Shown here piece by piece: positions 24,850-39,208 of a stretch of 64,000 nucleotides of DNA. A program made the translations under genes and the position numbers. Every line of letters starts with the position of its first letter. Positions within the stretch are counted from its first letter, which is position 1. The notes beneath the pieces are model-generated. The model ran no database searches, was not told the origin of the DNA, and saw only the letters and a list, made by a program, of their open reading frames with translations. The DNA comes from Marsupella aquatica (lineage: Eukaryota > Plantae > Marchantiophyta), in the NCBI GenBank assembly GCA_973895155.1, contig OZ316892.1:12836238-12900237 (forward strand), written 5' to 3'.

Positions 24850-25385
24850 TTACTTGATTGCCACTTTTTTTAGGCATAATATATACATTGCTGCTAGTTT
24901 TTTCTATTTATCACAATGCCATAGCTTTTGTTTGTGGGTTAAGAAAATTAACCTGGATTAGCTATTTCACATCCAATGGTTGTCATCACATTTTGCAATT
25001 AGACATAATGGGTCTTCCTCAAGGTTACTTTGATCACCCTTGGTTCAGTTGACCGAGGGACGGGTCAGGTGGTCCCATCTTCCCATCTTACTTATAGCCT
25101 AGACCAACCTGTCCATGCACAAAGCCTCTGCCCCAGGGCGCCTCTGCCCCAGGGCCGACGTGTCCATGCACATAGGCTCTGCCATTGTATTCCTGAGAGT
25201 GGTAAAAGCCACCGTGGGGGAGACCGGAGCTGTCTGAGGAGTGGGTGCAATGACAGCCATTGGATGTGAAGGAGCTAACCCAAGTTAATTTTCTTAACCC
25301 ACAAACCAAAACAATGATATTGTGATAAATGGAAAGAATATAGTGGCATGGTATGCAAAAAAAGTGTGGTAATCTGATAAATCCC
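24850..25385. mobile_element. Foldback/MITE-like element with ~180-bp imperfect inverted arms
   Basis: tttatcacaat...tttgtgggttaagaaaattaac...ttcacatccaatgg (~24907-24979) is inverted at ~25256-25329 (ccattggatgtgaa...gttaattttcttaacccacaaa...attgtgataaa). Confidence 0.7.
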
Positions 25386-25443
25386 AGTAATGCAAAAGAA
25401 GATCGTGTGACCTCAATCAAATCACCACCGTTGCACAACACCT

Positions 25444-28400
25444 TGTTAGGAATTGACTCGAGTTCCCGGCTTAGTTAGTTTGGCCTTACTAGGGTTAGTT
25501 AACCCTGGATTACATTAGGATAAGATCCGCTTAGTTTAGGCCCACGCATCTTGGCCCCCTTGGGGGTATAGGTTGGAGGGAGAGCTTTCTCTCTCTCATT
25601 CTTCACATGTACTTCTCATGAGCTATGGATCCTTCAGGAATTTCTCCATTGTGGTGTCTTGTTGGTGTAGTGTGAGATTGAGTGCTTTCATGTTCCGCAT
25701 TGCTGTCTAGTACATTAGCCGACGGTTTCTTACAAGTGGTATCAGAGCTTCGTGTTCGAAGTTCGGTTGCGTGGACAGTGGTGAGAGTATTCTTTGTGTT
25801 GAATCGGGGTGACAGATCGGATCGTTGTCAATGAGTGTATGATCGTGTCACTGGTCCTGGTGTGTTGGAGATTTTGTGTTGGAATAGGTGACGGTTTCCC
25901 GATTGAAACTTCAATAGAAGTGTCGGATGTGTCATTTTGTTTCCGAAGGTATTGTTAGGTGAATAATCCTAAGATCTCTTGTGCACATCGATGCGTACTA
26001 TGTTTTGGTGGAGATCTCATTGTTTTTTCATCAAACAAGTGCGGAGCAATGTTGATTGAGGCAGCATTGGGCTAGAAAGCAAAAGCTTTTTGGTGGCGGC
26101 CATAGCCGTGAGCTGCATGATGCGGCTGTGCTGAATCATGGATTAGGGCAGAAACCAAAGTTCGGTGTTGACTTTGGATGCCTAGTTGTGAGATAGCTTT
26201 CGTCGTTCTAATTCCAACGGTGTAAAGCGGAGATCAAACCGAGGTCTGGTTATGGAGTTATGTGTGATCAAAGTTCCTGCCATTTGTGATACGAAAGAAG
26301 CGGCGCACGTTGCGGGGGACGCTTCTCTACACAAGGCTCGTGTAGAACCTTGACTTGTTGGGCCACAAAGGCTTGGACAAACAGGTTTTCGTGCTTTTTA
26401 CCTTGAGGTGGCATAGTCTTTTTACACGAGACTCGCGTAGAAGTCTTGGTTTGTTTGGCCGAATAGGACTTGGACGAACGGCCTGAAAATTATTTCTCGA
26501 GTTGGCAGGGACCTTTTTTCTACACGAGGGTCGTGTAGAGCTCACCCTCTACACGAGAGTCGTGTAGAAATGTGACCAGTTTTGTGTTCTGGTACCATTT
26601 TGGTACTCTTTCTGTGATTCAGCAGGGCAAATGAGTTTTGTTTTCCGAGATTTTTTGCACAGGTGTTCCCAAGGGAGTAGGGAAGGGGCCTGAAAATTTT
26701 GTTTTGGAAACAGAGGTCTGTGGAACTTTTTATTCAAATATTCCTTCAACGGGGTTTGAACCGATGTTTTCACCCTTGCATTGAAAAGATAATAACTCCT
26801 GACTCAAGTGTCCATTTGCAGAGCTGTTTGGTGTTTTGGAAATATAGCCTTGCAGGCTACGCGGTGGTGCATTTCATTTCCACTTTTGCCAACTTTCATT
26901 TTTTGGTGATTTGTGTGTGGAGGTATTTCGGTACTTGTGTTTCCTGTGTGTTTGTGACAACATCCATGAGTTCGCGAAGTTTGAGGTTGAGAAGTTTGAC
27001 AGGAAGGTCAGCTTTAGCCTTTGGACTCAGAAGGTGACTAATGTGTTGATCCAGCAGGGTCTTGAGAAGACCATCATTGGAGTGAAGCCCTCGACTCTGA
27101 TAGATGAGGAGTGGGAAGACATGTCGGTGCAGGCGTGTAGTACAATTGAGTTGTTCTTGGCTAACAACATTCTCAAGAACGTGTTGGGGATGGATCGTAA
27201 TGCCAAGAAGATCTGGGATACGCTTATTCAGCTATACCAGAGTACTTCATTGACTACTTGTATTTACCAGTTGGAGCGGTTGTTCAGGTTGAAGTTGAAG
27301 GATGGTGGCAATATGAATGATCACCTAAGTCTCTTTGATGAGATTGTGCACGAGGTGACCATGGCGGGAGATAAGTTGACCGATGAGTACCTTGCGATGC
27401 ATTTGTTGATGTTGCTTACGAAGAGTTTTTCGACGTTGGTGACGGTCATCACACATGACAAGACAACGTTGAAGCTGGATGCGGTGAAGGCTACCATTCT
27501 TGCAGAATGGATCAAGCGACATCTCTCTACCCTTGATGATGAGTTTGTTGCCTTAGTGGTTAGAGGCAGAACAACGGAGCGTACTACGGATCAGTCTAGA
27601 TCTAAATCTCAGAGTAGATCTAAATCTAAATCTCGTAGTAAGAAAGTTTAGTGTTGGCATTGCATGAGAAGGGCCACACAAAGTGGAATTGTCCTTCTTT
27701 ATCAAAGCAAAAGGGTTCTACTTCCAATGGTGCGTCCTCATCGTTAGCTGGCATTGTGATTGTTGATCATGAGGATGTTGCTGAAGTGCTATGTATTGGT
27801 GTTGTGAATTCTGTGTATGACAATAAATGGATGTTGGATTCGGGTTCCTCTTATCACGTGTGTCCAACGCGATTGTATTTCTCCACTTACCAACCTTGTA
27901 CCGGTACTATGGAAGTCGGAAATGGTGTCCGATGTACGATCGTTGGCATGGGGACTATCAAATTCTGGATGTTTGATGGTGTTGTGAGAGCATTGACGGA
28001 AGTCAAGCACATACCAAACATCTCTAAGAACTTAATTTCTCTTGGTGCTTTGGAAGCTGGTGGATCTCATTTCACTGCACGTGATGGTGCGCTCTTTGTC
28101 GTCAAAGATAATGTATCTTTGATTAAGGCGCTACGGCAGAATAATTTGTACATCTTGGAAGGAGATGTCATTGCTCCTAGAGTGGAGCATGTGGATTCTG
28201 TGGTGGGACGTTTGGATGCAGCGGCAACAGCTGCCGCAGAATCATCTTCGGCTGCTTCAATTGAAGCACCCTCAACATCTGGTCGCACACAAGCCATAGA
28301 TTTGTGGCATGCATGGTTGGGGCACTTGAGTGGTAAAGGATTGGCTGCCTTGGCAAACAGAGATTTGCTGCAAGGCGCTCAATCTGGTAAACTCTCTTTC

Positions 28401-29928
28401 TGTGAAGATTGCATCTTTGGCAAGTAGAGGAGAGTGAGTTTCAGTTCTAGTTCATACCATTCTCATGAGATTCTTGAGTATGTACATTTGGATGTTTGGG
28501 GTCCAGCGTCGGAACCGTCATTGGGTGAAGCCAGATATTTTGTGACGTTTGTAGATGATTACTCTCGAGTGTGTTGGCTGTACTACATGAAGGAGAAGTC
28601 TCAAGTATTTGAGATCTTCAAGGAGTGGAAAGCCATGGTGGAGCTACAGACTGGGAAGAAGTTGAAGTGTGTTTGGTCAGATAACGATGGCGAGTATAGG
28701 TCCAATGAGTTTGACCAATTTGGTCGAGACCTTGGCCTCAAGCGTCATTATACTATACCGGAGACCCCACAACAGAATGGAGTTGCAGAACGGTTGAATC
28801 GGATATTACTGGAGAAAGCACGCAGCATGCTTTGTAAGTCCAAATTACCCAATAGTTTTTGGGCTGGAGCTGTCAACCAAGTTACATACGTCTACAATCT
28901 GTCACCGCACAGTAGTAAGTTGATGCAGACTCCATTTGAGTTGTGGTATAAGAGACCTGTTGATTACTCTAGACTCCGAGTTTTTGGTTGTGCTGTCTAT
29001 GTTCACATTGAGCAGACACACAGGTCTAAGTTGGATCCCAAGTCTAAGAAATGTATTTTTCTAGGCTTTAGTCCTGGGCAGAAGGGCTATAAATTGTGGG
29101 ATCCTATCGATTGCAAGGCAGTTGTGAGCATAAATGTTGGTTTTGACGAAGAATGGTTGTCAAGACCCCGGGATATTCAAGAGCAACAGGTGGAGGAACC
29201 CACTATGGTGGAGCTTGGTGATGATGAGGAAGTTGTTGGTCCCTCTGGTAGAGGTGCAGTTCCTCAACCAAGGCGCTCCACCAGGGCCAATTTTGGCCAA
29301 CCCCCTGATAGATTTGGTTTAATTGTAGATCCTCGTGTTCACATTGTTGAGCATGACGATGATCTCGGAGTTGTTTTGCTCACTGGAGATGGAGACCCCT
29401 CTAGCTATGAAGAAGCTATGGCCTCTCCAGAGAAGGATAAGTGGATGGAGGCGATGTTGAAGGAGATGAATTCTTTGAAGAAGAATTCAACTTGGCGCTG
29501 AATTGGCATGCCTCGCGGGAAGACACTGGTTCCGTGTAGATGGTTGTACAAGAAGAAGCAAGATGACACTTACAAGGCACGCCTTGTGGCCAAAGGGTAC
29601 ACCCAAAAGGAGGGCTTGGACTACACAGAGATTTTCTCACCAGTTGTCAAACTTGCCACTATCCGTGTTTTACTTGCGATTGTAGCATTCTATGATCTTG
29701 AGTTAGATCAAATGGATGTAATTATTGCTTTCCTACATGGATTGCTTGATGTGGAGATTTATATGACTCAACCTCCAGGATTTATAGACGAGAACACAAC
29801 ACTTGGTGTGTAAGCTCTTGCGCTCGTTATACGGATCCTTCAGGAGTTTCTCCATTGTGGTGTCTTGTTGGTGTAGTGTGTTCATGTTCCGCATTGCTGT
29901 CTAGTACATTAGCCGACGGTTGCTTACA
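25444..29928 (+). mobile_element. Ty1/copia LTR retrotransposon, degenerate, with an internal deletion of 3' RT, RNase H, PPT and the start of the 3' LTR
   Basis: 5' LTR 25444-25734 (TG...CA), PBS tggtatcagagc 25737-25748, 3' LTR remnant ~29833-29928, and TSD CACCT at 25439-25443 and 29929-29933. Domain order is gag, protease (WMLDSGSSYH), integrase (HLDVWGP, SDNDGEY, PQQNGVAER), RT (YKARLVAKG, QMDV). Confidence 0.95.
26950..29835 (+). pseudogene. Disrupted copia gag-pol polyprotein
   Basis: ORF pieces 26911-27651, 27651-28427, 28434-29501 and 29508-29813. There is a stop and frameshift in the zinc knuckle, a TAG at 28425-28427, and frameshifts near 29500 and 29810. The frame ends at KLLRSLYG. 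Confidence 0.9.
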
Positions 29929-32900
29929 CACCTGACTAGAAGTGACCCTCCAGTTGGCTTTGGTAAAAAAAATACCAACTACCCCCAACTTCTTGTAAAG
30001 CCATCCTAAGTATCATGAAATCCAATCAATGAAACCTGACTCCAGACCTGACTACGTATGGTGAATTTATGGGGTAGGGTTTTCCAAAATATGATGGCCA
30101 GATTCAAAAATATAAAGGAACAATACAAGGTGGGGCATGGGGGAGGGTCGACGTCAAGGAGTAGAAAGGAAGAATTTCCAGTCTTCTTGTGATCAAAGGG
30201 CCCTTTGGTCAGGGGCGTAGTTTAGAAAAGACCCATCCTAACAACCCTACCCCACCTCCCCCCACCCCACACCACACCCACCCACCAAATATGCTGGAAG
30301 GGGCGGTTCCCCACCACAACTACTCAACCAAGATTGGTTCAGTCAAACTGAACAAAAATTCTCTAAGAATTGTTTGAGCACAGTCTTGTTACTCCCTACC
30401 AAGGGACTAACAAGGGGAGAGAAAGGGGCCTGGTTTGTCAACTCTGATTTCTGTATACGTAGCAACAACCTATTGGAGGAGAAAGGACTAAGTTACAACA
30501 AAAAGGGCCCAACAAAGTACAATGGGGTAAAGGCGAAAGAGGTCAGAGACTAAAGACCTCTTGAACTCAAAGAAAAGGGCAAATACAAACCCCAAAATAT
30601 AGAAAGAGGAGGAAAAAAATGACCTACCATTGCAATAGTGTGATGAGTTAATGGGTCACATCTAGTGTAATGAGCTAAGGGTCCACATCTAGTATTCTAG
30701 TATTGTAACTAAGTCTCCCAGTGGGTCATAAAAGTCCTCTAAGAGGGAGGCTAGGGATTTTTTTGACTTCCATGGTCACAATTGACTGGGACTCAAACTT
30801 GGCGGTGTACATTAAGTAGGCTCGAAGCTGGAATCTAGAGGACACTTCCTCTGAATTGAGCTGAGACGTGACCAATGCAAAGGCACAGCTAATAAATTAA
30901 ACAGCTCATTGCCATCATCTTGGGCATCAACTTTTGATTGATTTTTGAATTATATAGTAGATCTTTGAAAACAATCAGATGGACTGTCAAGTTTGACAAA
31001 GAACTCCAATCATGGATCACTAGCCCCGACTACCCGTTCTTTGAACACGAATAGAGGGCAAGACAATAAAAATATGACCAAAAGATATACCTTATTCACA
31101 TTCTTTGAATGATAAAAAAACCATCATGCATGTCATCATTTTAATAATATACATAACATACCATACTCTTTTCTATGCACATATGTTATGGTGGAGCCAT
31201 AGAACCCATTTTTTAATGTAAATAAAAATCATGACAAATAGCATACATGATTATCATTTGACATGCATCATAGTCACGAGTTTTCTCATCCACATGATGA
31301 GCCATGGAGTTACAGTCTAGAGGCTTCACTCTTGAAGCCTAGGCCCCAACTCTAGCTTGTAGTTGGTGAGTTATAAGTAAGATTACTACCCAAGTGTACC
31401 TTCCTAAAATATTGCATTTCTTTGGAATCCTAAAATATTGCTTCTAGTGAGCACAATACCGTTCTTTCATGAGAATATATTCACTTTTTGAGCTTCAAAA
31501 GATCTTGGATTTTTGGTCAAAAGTGGTATTCAGCCTGGTCATCAACTTAGTCCGTTTCTTGACTCCAAATCATAAAAAAAATCAAGTGTCACTCATTTTG
31601 ATCTTGCAGATGGGGATTTGTAAACTTGGGGGTTTCATCAAAGTTTATTGTATTTTAGCTTTCCATAAGTCTTATGTTGGCTTAGAGAAATCTACGGATA
31701 TTTCCTATAGTTTTTTTCTTGCATCTGGGTATAATCTTTGTAAGCAATGTTATACCAGAAGCCTTCTTTATAAGCAGTCCAACTGCCCTAACATTAAGTA
31801 AGGTCTTTAAGTGTATAGGATCCCAACAGTTTACATGTGGACACCAACCCTGTGCTCAGGACAAAGGCCTAGCATTTTCCAATTCCAAGTTCAAACTTTG
31901 ATCTTGCACCTCCACCCTGAGTAATGCATCCCACTGTGCGCGGTTTGCATATTGTCTATGAAAGTTACTGTTGCATGAGGGTGATGATTGATATATGATT
32001 TTTTGAGGTTACATCTCCATTCCACTTGTGTTAGCTCCATTAGGGCCATCCACTCTAGGTCCTTTGGCATCAACTCTTTCTAGAGGTATTTAACTAGGTC
32101 TTCCCAAGTTAAAAAGTTTCAAGAAGGCCTCTCCTCCTTTGCCTTCTTCCAACAGGAGTACCAACTCAGATTGCTCTTAATCAAGTAGGCTCTTGCAACT
32201 TTGACCTACTCACCCCCACAATCACCTTGAGGCACTTTTGGAGCCTTCAAGTAAAATTCCATAGCAGTGATCTATTCATTCAACTTCCTACATTTGTCAT
32301 CATCAGAAACTTGCTAAGACTTGCTCAATTTGGTGTTAGTGAGCATCCTAGTGCCTTGAGTTGAGTACTCAGTGGCAAACCAAAGGTAGACATAACCATG
32401 GTTTAGGTTTCTTCATTTGAGGTTCAGTAGGTAAATTTAGGGTACCTGCATTTTTCACTCTGATTCAGGCACACAAGTTGAGTTGCGAACTTTGTGAGAA
32501 TGGTTTTGTAGTCAAGCTGAATGTCATATTTGCATTTTTTTTACTCAGTCCCGGAGCAGGAGTTGAATTGCAAAGACTTGTGAGTTAATGGTTTTGTAGT
32601 CAACACTGATTAGTGATACCATAATAACAGTAGGTTGGAACTTTTATGTGTCCATTGGAAAGATGGCCTTTGGATAGAAGTATTCCAAGGCCTTTGGATA
32701 GCAGTCTTCAGTTCCCCTGAAACAAGAAGACTGTTATTCAAAGGGTCGATTGCATGCAAATCATTTACAAGTGGATCCTCGAATTTTGACATCCTATCGA
32801 AAATGGTGAGAAAGTCCGAAACACCCATGAGAAAACGCCAGTGTGGATAAGCAGGGAGGTGGAGGGACCTATCAAGCTATTTTCAAATATCCTCAATCTA

Positions 32901-33686
32901 GGCACTGAACGTTTCCAAAGGTCAATAATGCGAACCAGCCAATAACTCAAACATTGGACTTGCAATCTCTCGAAGATAAACATAAACCACTCAAATTTGA
33001 CTTTTCGATCTCCGCATAATAACATACATGGTACCCGCTTTTAGTTTGAACGACTAATCTCTGAGCATGATACATAAACTCATAATCACATCCATCTCTA
33101 TATAGAGACCAGTTTCCAGTCTCTTAGGCAGACCCCAAAAGTACACAGTTACTTCTCAGTCGTTGTCTGCAACAACCGACCCAATGAGTATTGGTATGCA
33201 ACAAATTTGGTGAAATTGGATACATGTGTCCCTGAAAGTCATGCACCGTCAATGCCCCTTCGACAGGTGTATGTAAGTAGAAGAATGAGAGACGAAAGAA
33301 TTCCCATACGGTTTAAACCCTGCCCACACCAGATTTAACCTTCTGATGATTTCAATTGGAGTGGCGTAGACGCTCTGAAGTTTTGTCGTTTAAAAAATGA
33401 ACATGCTGCAAGTAACGAGCACGATACTGAACCTTCCCTAATCTCTCACGAGATTCACAAATTGTCACTCAAAAGTAGCAGAATACAAATTCTTTATATT
33501 TACACCTTACTGCACCTTGTAAGTGGTGAAATAGCTTCTACAGTTTGACCATAGCTACTGCAAAAAGTAAAGCAGTGTTCTACTGGTTCGCCCTGTACAT
33601 TCTTGACAAATCGATTACCCATCACGCTGCAGTAGCTTGCTGTGCACCATACCCGACAGATAAACACAGATATCACCACATTTCGC

Positions 33687-35931
33687 TCACTTCAAGAAGT
33701 AGTAAACCAATAAAAAAACTATCACCAAAGCTGCAACTGTCGTAAAAATGTTTTGGCCCGATTTTGTCTCAAAAACCTATACCACAAAACAGAGTAAAAG
33801 TTAGTGGTACTGAAATATATCACTGTCTCAAAGAAGGTCTCCATTCATAGCTTTTTCAGTGTCCTCGCTCGAAGCACCAACTTTGATGGCACCGAGTCCT
33901 CAACTTACACACCGAGGGACAAACAGGTAAGCCAATTTTCTGCAGCCTTGGGACACTGTATGTAGCTTCTAAAAACCGAGCAGCCCGAAGAGAAGACTTA
34001 TATGCATGACAAATCAATGACGTGCTTCCTTGAACTTTGACCAAATGCAGATTCCAAGTTCAACAAGCACAGGTTATAGGAGGTTGAACTTCATGAATGG
34101 AAGTTGACGCATTGCAAACTGTATTGAGAATCGAACCCACTGGGAGAAGTAAGCTGAGCAGATGCTTTAGCGAAATATTATGATGTCTCAAACTTGCAGA
34201 GGTACGAAAAGATAGGAGGGCTTACTCGCTTAAATCGGTCCATTGTCCCAGCAAGCACTCCTCGACTTGAATCCATATCTTGTTCCTGTTGCAAAGTAAA
34301 GCACTACTATTAATCAAACTCCACGAACTAATGCTTGAGTTTGCAATGTACTTATTAGATTGTAGCAAGACACCGGTCCCTACCTCCAGATTGAATCACT
34401 CCTTGGAACTCTTGTACATGTAATCTACGCTCCCCTATCACAAGAATTGGTTCATGAAATCCAACACGATAGTTCGGACAAACGTCCAGATGCCGGTAAT
34501 AAGACCAGGTCTCCAACTGATGACAACTGTTCCTGATCCAAATAGAGGTTCCCCAAGAAATTCTTCTGATATGCTGTGAAATGGTACGTCATCCTACGAA
34601 ATTTCGGAATCCAAATTCAGTGAAAATGGGCTAAATCAAGGCTTCAGGATTGATGCACTGTTCTAGAGCGTACCATGCGCTCCAGGAGCCGGTTATGGCC
34701 ATTAACTTCGTCGTGAATATCGGCAGTCATCTACACGGTAACATCCCCAACAAGTGCATCCACATCAGTCTAATAACCTGTGTGAGCATTTCTAACGGTG
34801 CAACTGAGATCTAAGCCAAGATAATCACAAACGAGATGTGATCAAGTGTTATTCCAGCAAAAATAAAGTTCTTCGCATGTAAGATGTGCACAAAACGCAC
34901 GAGAGCAACTACAAACGAAGAAGACAGGAGACTTGCCATTTTCAACACGCTCACTCTATCCTGCAAGACACCCACGCCTCGTTCATTCTCCTGCTCTGCA
35001 ATTTCATTACTTGAGAACGACGACGTCGGCCTGAGTCCACCATCTTCCAGACTATCAAACAAAGAGCTGCGGTTGCGGTAATCCCTGTGTGGAACGGAAA
35101 TCAAGTACAGAACCGAGAATCAGGCCTGCAAGGTGCATTCGAAGTTGCCTGCAACCCTCAAGCGTCAAGACGTCACAGCCCAGGATAGCCCCCTACAAAA
35201 GTAATTCGTCCGGCAACGACAAATCGTCCCTCCTTCAATTGTAGAAAGGCATTTCAAGAACGAGAGAAACGTCAAAAACAGAATGACATTGGTCCAGACT
35301 GAAGCCTTATAGTGAATGCTGATCAGAGAGGGTGCGAAAGAACAAGGCGAGATACTCTAACTACTGACAATTGCGTAAGAAAATCGACGATACATCACGG
35401 AAGCCATCCACGACGTTGCGCGAGGGCAGTTCTTCCGTGCCTTTCGACAAAACAAACCGACAAGTTTCCGGATCGGGCCCAGCCCACTGAAGCTGCCAAT
35501 TCAAGCACGTCAGATCAGACTACCACAAACCTCAGATAAGGATCCGCGGGGTTGACGTCGCGATCAAAGTGGCCGTTCTTCTTCGAGGATATCTTCATTC
35601 TGTTCCCTGCTCACGTAATCCGCTCCGAAATAATATTTACAAGGTGACAAGGAAAGAAAACCCTGAAATGTCGAGCTCTTGCGACGCGAACTAGTCCAGC
35701 AAACGCAGATGCCACAGTATCATAGCGACCACAACATGGGTCAGAGCAGAAATCGTATCTACAGTACATTCAAAAACCGTCCTCGAGACGATTCCGACTT
35801 CTCAATCTGGTGAGAGCACTGCCTCCCGGCCTGAAATCAGGTTTGAATGTCGATTGCTGAGGAGGGCGGAGGGGTGGGAGGTCTTAACAACAGTACCTGC
35901 GCCTTGCACGGAGGGAAAGGGGAGAGCGCAT
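33687..35931 (-). CDS. BET1: BET1-like Qc-SNARE (ER-Golgi), tail-anchored
   Basis: Exons 35931-35897 (MRSPLSLRARRR; alternative in-frame ATG at 35955; tentative), 35084-34937 (DYRNRSSLFDSLEDGGLR...LQDRVSVLKM), 34730-34674 (MTADIHDEVNGHNRLLERM), 34285-34226 (EQDMDSSRGVLAGTMDRFKR) and 33776-33687 (VFETKSGQNIFTTVAALVIVFLLVYYFLK*). Matches plant BET11/BS14 motifs. Intron 2 has a GCAAGT donor. Confidence 0.92.
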
Positions 35932-37839
35932 GACACCGGCCAGCCATGCGACCATGCGAGAGAGCCGAGAAGGGCAGCAAACTAGGCTAAACTACACTAC
36001 TGCCTGTCAACGAACGAGGTCGGACATTTGGTTTCCTTCACGACGGGGACTAAGGAGCCCACAAAAGTCTTGGAAAGAGGAAAAGCTTCGCAAGAGAGAG
36101 AGAGAGAGTCTTTTCTCCCTTCTTTTCTCCCCAATAATTGAGTCTGATGCAATACTCAAACACACTTTTTACAGTATTCAGTGTCACACAAACTAATTAA
36201 GGGGTAGCCCATGAATTTTCAGACAAGTGACACTTTTTGCTCTCCACCCCCATTTTTTATTGTAAGTTTTGATATTCTAGGAAAAATTTGGTAATTAGAG
36301 GTGAATGTTTTTGGTTGGTTACCCTATAGTGAACCCGCTCCAATGTTATGCAGCCGCACGTGTTTGTGTGTATGTGAGTAGTAAAGCTTTCCTTGTGTTT
36401 TGGCTTGTTGGTTTTTGATTGACTGAATGAGAAGCCGCCCGATGTGGATCGCCCATCATAATTAGATTTACTAGAGTAAGGGCACAAGAATTAAGATCAT
36501 GTCAAAATGTCACTGGTAAAAATATATATATAGAGTTGGGGTTGAGGCTTCTAGAGTGAAGTCTATGGACCATGACTCTAGGGCCCCACAAAAATAATGT
36601 GGATGGAAAGAATGATGGGATATTATATATGTCAACAGGCTGATCATGCATGATGATTTTGGATCATCATTTCTATTTAAAGAATGGGCATTTAGGCGAG
36701 TCTCCTTTCTTCTATGTTTATTGCACTAGAAAATTTAAAGCCTTAAAAACAAAGTTTGACTCATCAAAATATTCTAATTTATTATTATTTTTAAATAAAT
36801 TTTAAGGGGAAATCTGTGAAACCCCACACAAAGGGGTCAGTCAGTCATAACTTTTGAACCCAAGACCTATGAGTCACTACTCAAGTGAGCTATCACACAG
36901 CCATGCCTCTCTTGGCAATTCTAATCTTTTAAAGCAACAGGTATTTATTTTGTGTTCATATCTCAACTTTGGTGCCTCTCAATTCCTTTACCACTAGAAG
37001 AGTCTTGAGATGTGCTGTCTAACGGGCCCAGCATTCACATTTTTTGTAGAGCATCAATGCACATACAAAATTCTAAAGTAAGTTGTTCTTGATGTTTATA
37101 GATTCAGTAAGTGAACAATTACAATGGGCACAGCCAGACGCCAGGTACCATTGCAACTTTCCAAGAGATTATGATAGAGATCAGGTATCTACAAGCAAAT
37201 CAAAATTAACATTGCCAACTTTGCTATTAGTCTGTGATTTCAAATATAAAAGATGCTTGGACAAAGAGGTGTGAAGAGAAGAAAGTAGACTGGGATGTTG
37301 CTTGTTGGAGAGTGGATGAGCAATGGGACACATGATACCTATGAAAAATTGATAACTCCAGGCAAGCATTGGTTTTTGACATTGGCAAGGACTGTGTAGT
37401 TGAGGTGAACTATTTTGTTGATAGGCATAACATGTCTTGTGCACCTAAATCAATGATTAGGACGGGTTTGGCTTTTTAATGCCAATGTTTATGGTCCTAA
37501 ACCAACTTACTCCTGCCTGAGCTTCAGAATATCATACCAAAATATCTAGTGAATTTTGAGGGCAGTCAGGTTGGCCTTGAGATTGATCCCATTGTCAAAA
37601 TGGCTCCCAATGTTAGTGAACCAAGGGAATAGCCAGCTCAACCTATTTTTCTTCAGGTTGTACGCCATCTTGCAAGGATGAGACACGGTTACAGGTTTCA
37701 GCAGACTAAGCAGCCATGATGTTAGTTTGCAGCTTATGTGAGCAGACATGTGTTATTCATAGTTTGATTAAGTGACTCTGTATCTGCAAATTTTGCCCAT
37801 TCTATTTTTTTTAACTTAAGTGTGTGAGTAAGACACTAA

Positions 37840-38730
37840 TATGATCTTTGGCCTTGAGTCTTTGCTTCAAACAAGAAGAGGCTCTCCTTGCTGTGGTGAA
37901 TTTTTGTTGTTGCATTTATCAAATTTCATTTCAGAAGATCTTTGGGTCTAGAGTCCATGTTTAGAATAATAAATGGCCCCCCAGCCCTTTTTCTAGTGGC
38001 AAACATTTGCTAGATTATATCTAGCTGGAAAGTCTGCCACTTTTGTCAAAATTAGCTACTGTAGGTTTTCTGTCTCCATTAGCCAATTTCCTACCTAGCC
38101 AGAGATCCCATTAGCCAAAAGCTAATGGTCTCTTACATTGAACAAAATGTGACAGTCAGAAATTAAATTTAGAAAAATTAAAGAAACAATACATTTTCTT
38201 CTCACACAAGGTGATAGTAAACACACAAACAAAAGTTAAAAACCTTTAAATTATGCTGCCCTACAATTTGGTTTGGTGAAAAAGAAGGACTTGCATTTAT
38301 TGAACTTCGTTTGAAAAGATCTTTGGTATAGAGTCAATTTTTAGAACAAGAAGAGGCCCTAAGTTTGCTTTGGTTAAATATAAAGGATTTGCATGAATAG
38401 GTCTTTTGAAGCCTCATTGTCCGCTAAAAGTCCTTGGTAGATGCTGGCGGAATTTTGTGCCAAAAGGATGACCAATGGATACATTGTTTGACTGGGGTCA
38501 TAGGATCTCCTTCCGTGCTAATAGCCTCCCGATTTGTACAAGGTTTAGCAGTCTGGTCTTTGGTTGGAGACTCCCAACCATTCTTGGCCAGCGATCAAGA
38601 CTGTGTGTTTACTGTAACATGTAAACTCTGTCATTTGAAACACCCTAATGAAGTTCATTTCAAAAGATCTTTGGTCTAAAGTCTAAGTTTAGAGCAAGAA
38701 GAGCCCTCCAATTTGCTCGATAAAACAAAA
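37840..38730. repeat. Copies of an AT-rich ~90-bp motif family (likely TE subterminal repeats)
   Basis: ttcatttcaaaagatctttggtctagagtc...tttagaacaagaagag occurs at ~37925, ~38305 and ~38653. The same motif is abundant at 43000-45110. Confidence 0.65.
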
Positions 38731-39208
38731 AAAATGGAGGCAACCCAACTCCAAGAAGGATGATGGGATGCAATCCCCAAGGATAGTGAGCCCAAGGGGG
38801 TTACAGCCCATTATCCCCAAGGGGGGATGAGTTACCAAGCATAAGCCCTGAGTGAATTTTTGAAACATTCACCTCACCTTTAAATTGCAAAATTGCTGTC
38901 TAGTGCTGGTTGCCATATGTGTCTTACCTTTGTTCTCATTCAAACTTGAGAATCCCTGGGCCAAGTTGGCATTGGGGGTTCTCTACCAAATTAAACTCAT
39001 AGAAACCACGTGCGATCCAAAATATGCATTTTTGATAAAAACAAGCTAAATGACTAGGGAATAAAATAAGGTTTCATAGGCTCACATTTCAAGAATATTT
39101 TTTAATATGTAATTTTTTTGAAGTAAATTAGGTAATTAATATTGAGGGCCCATGACTATTAACTACCTAATATTATAGAATATTCTTATAATATTTTCTT
39201 GATAAACT

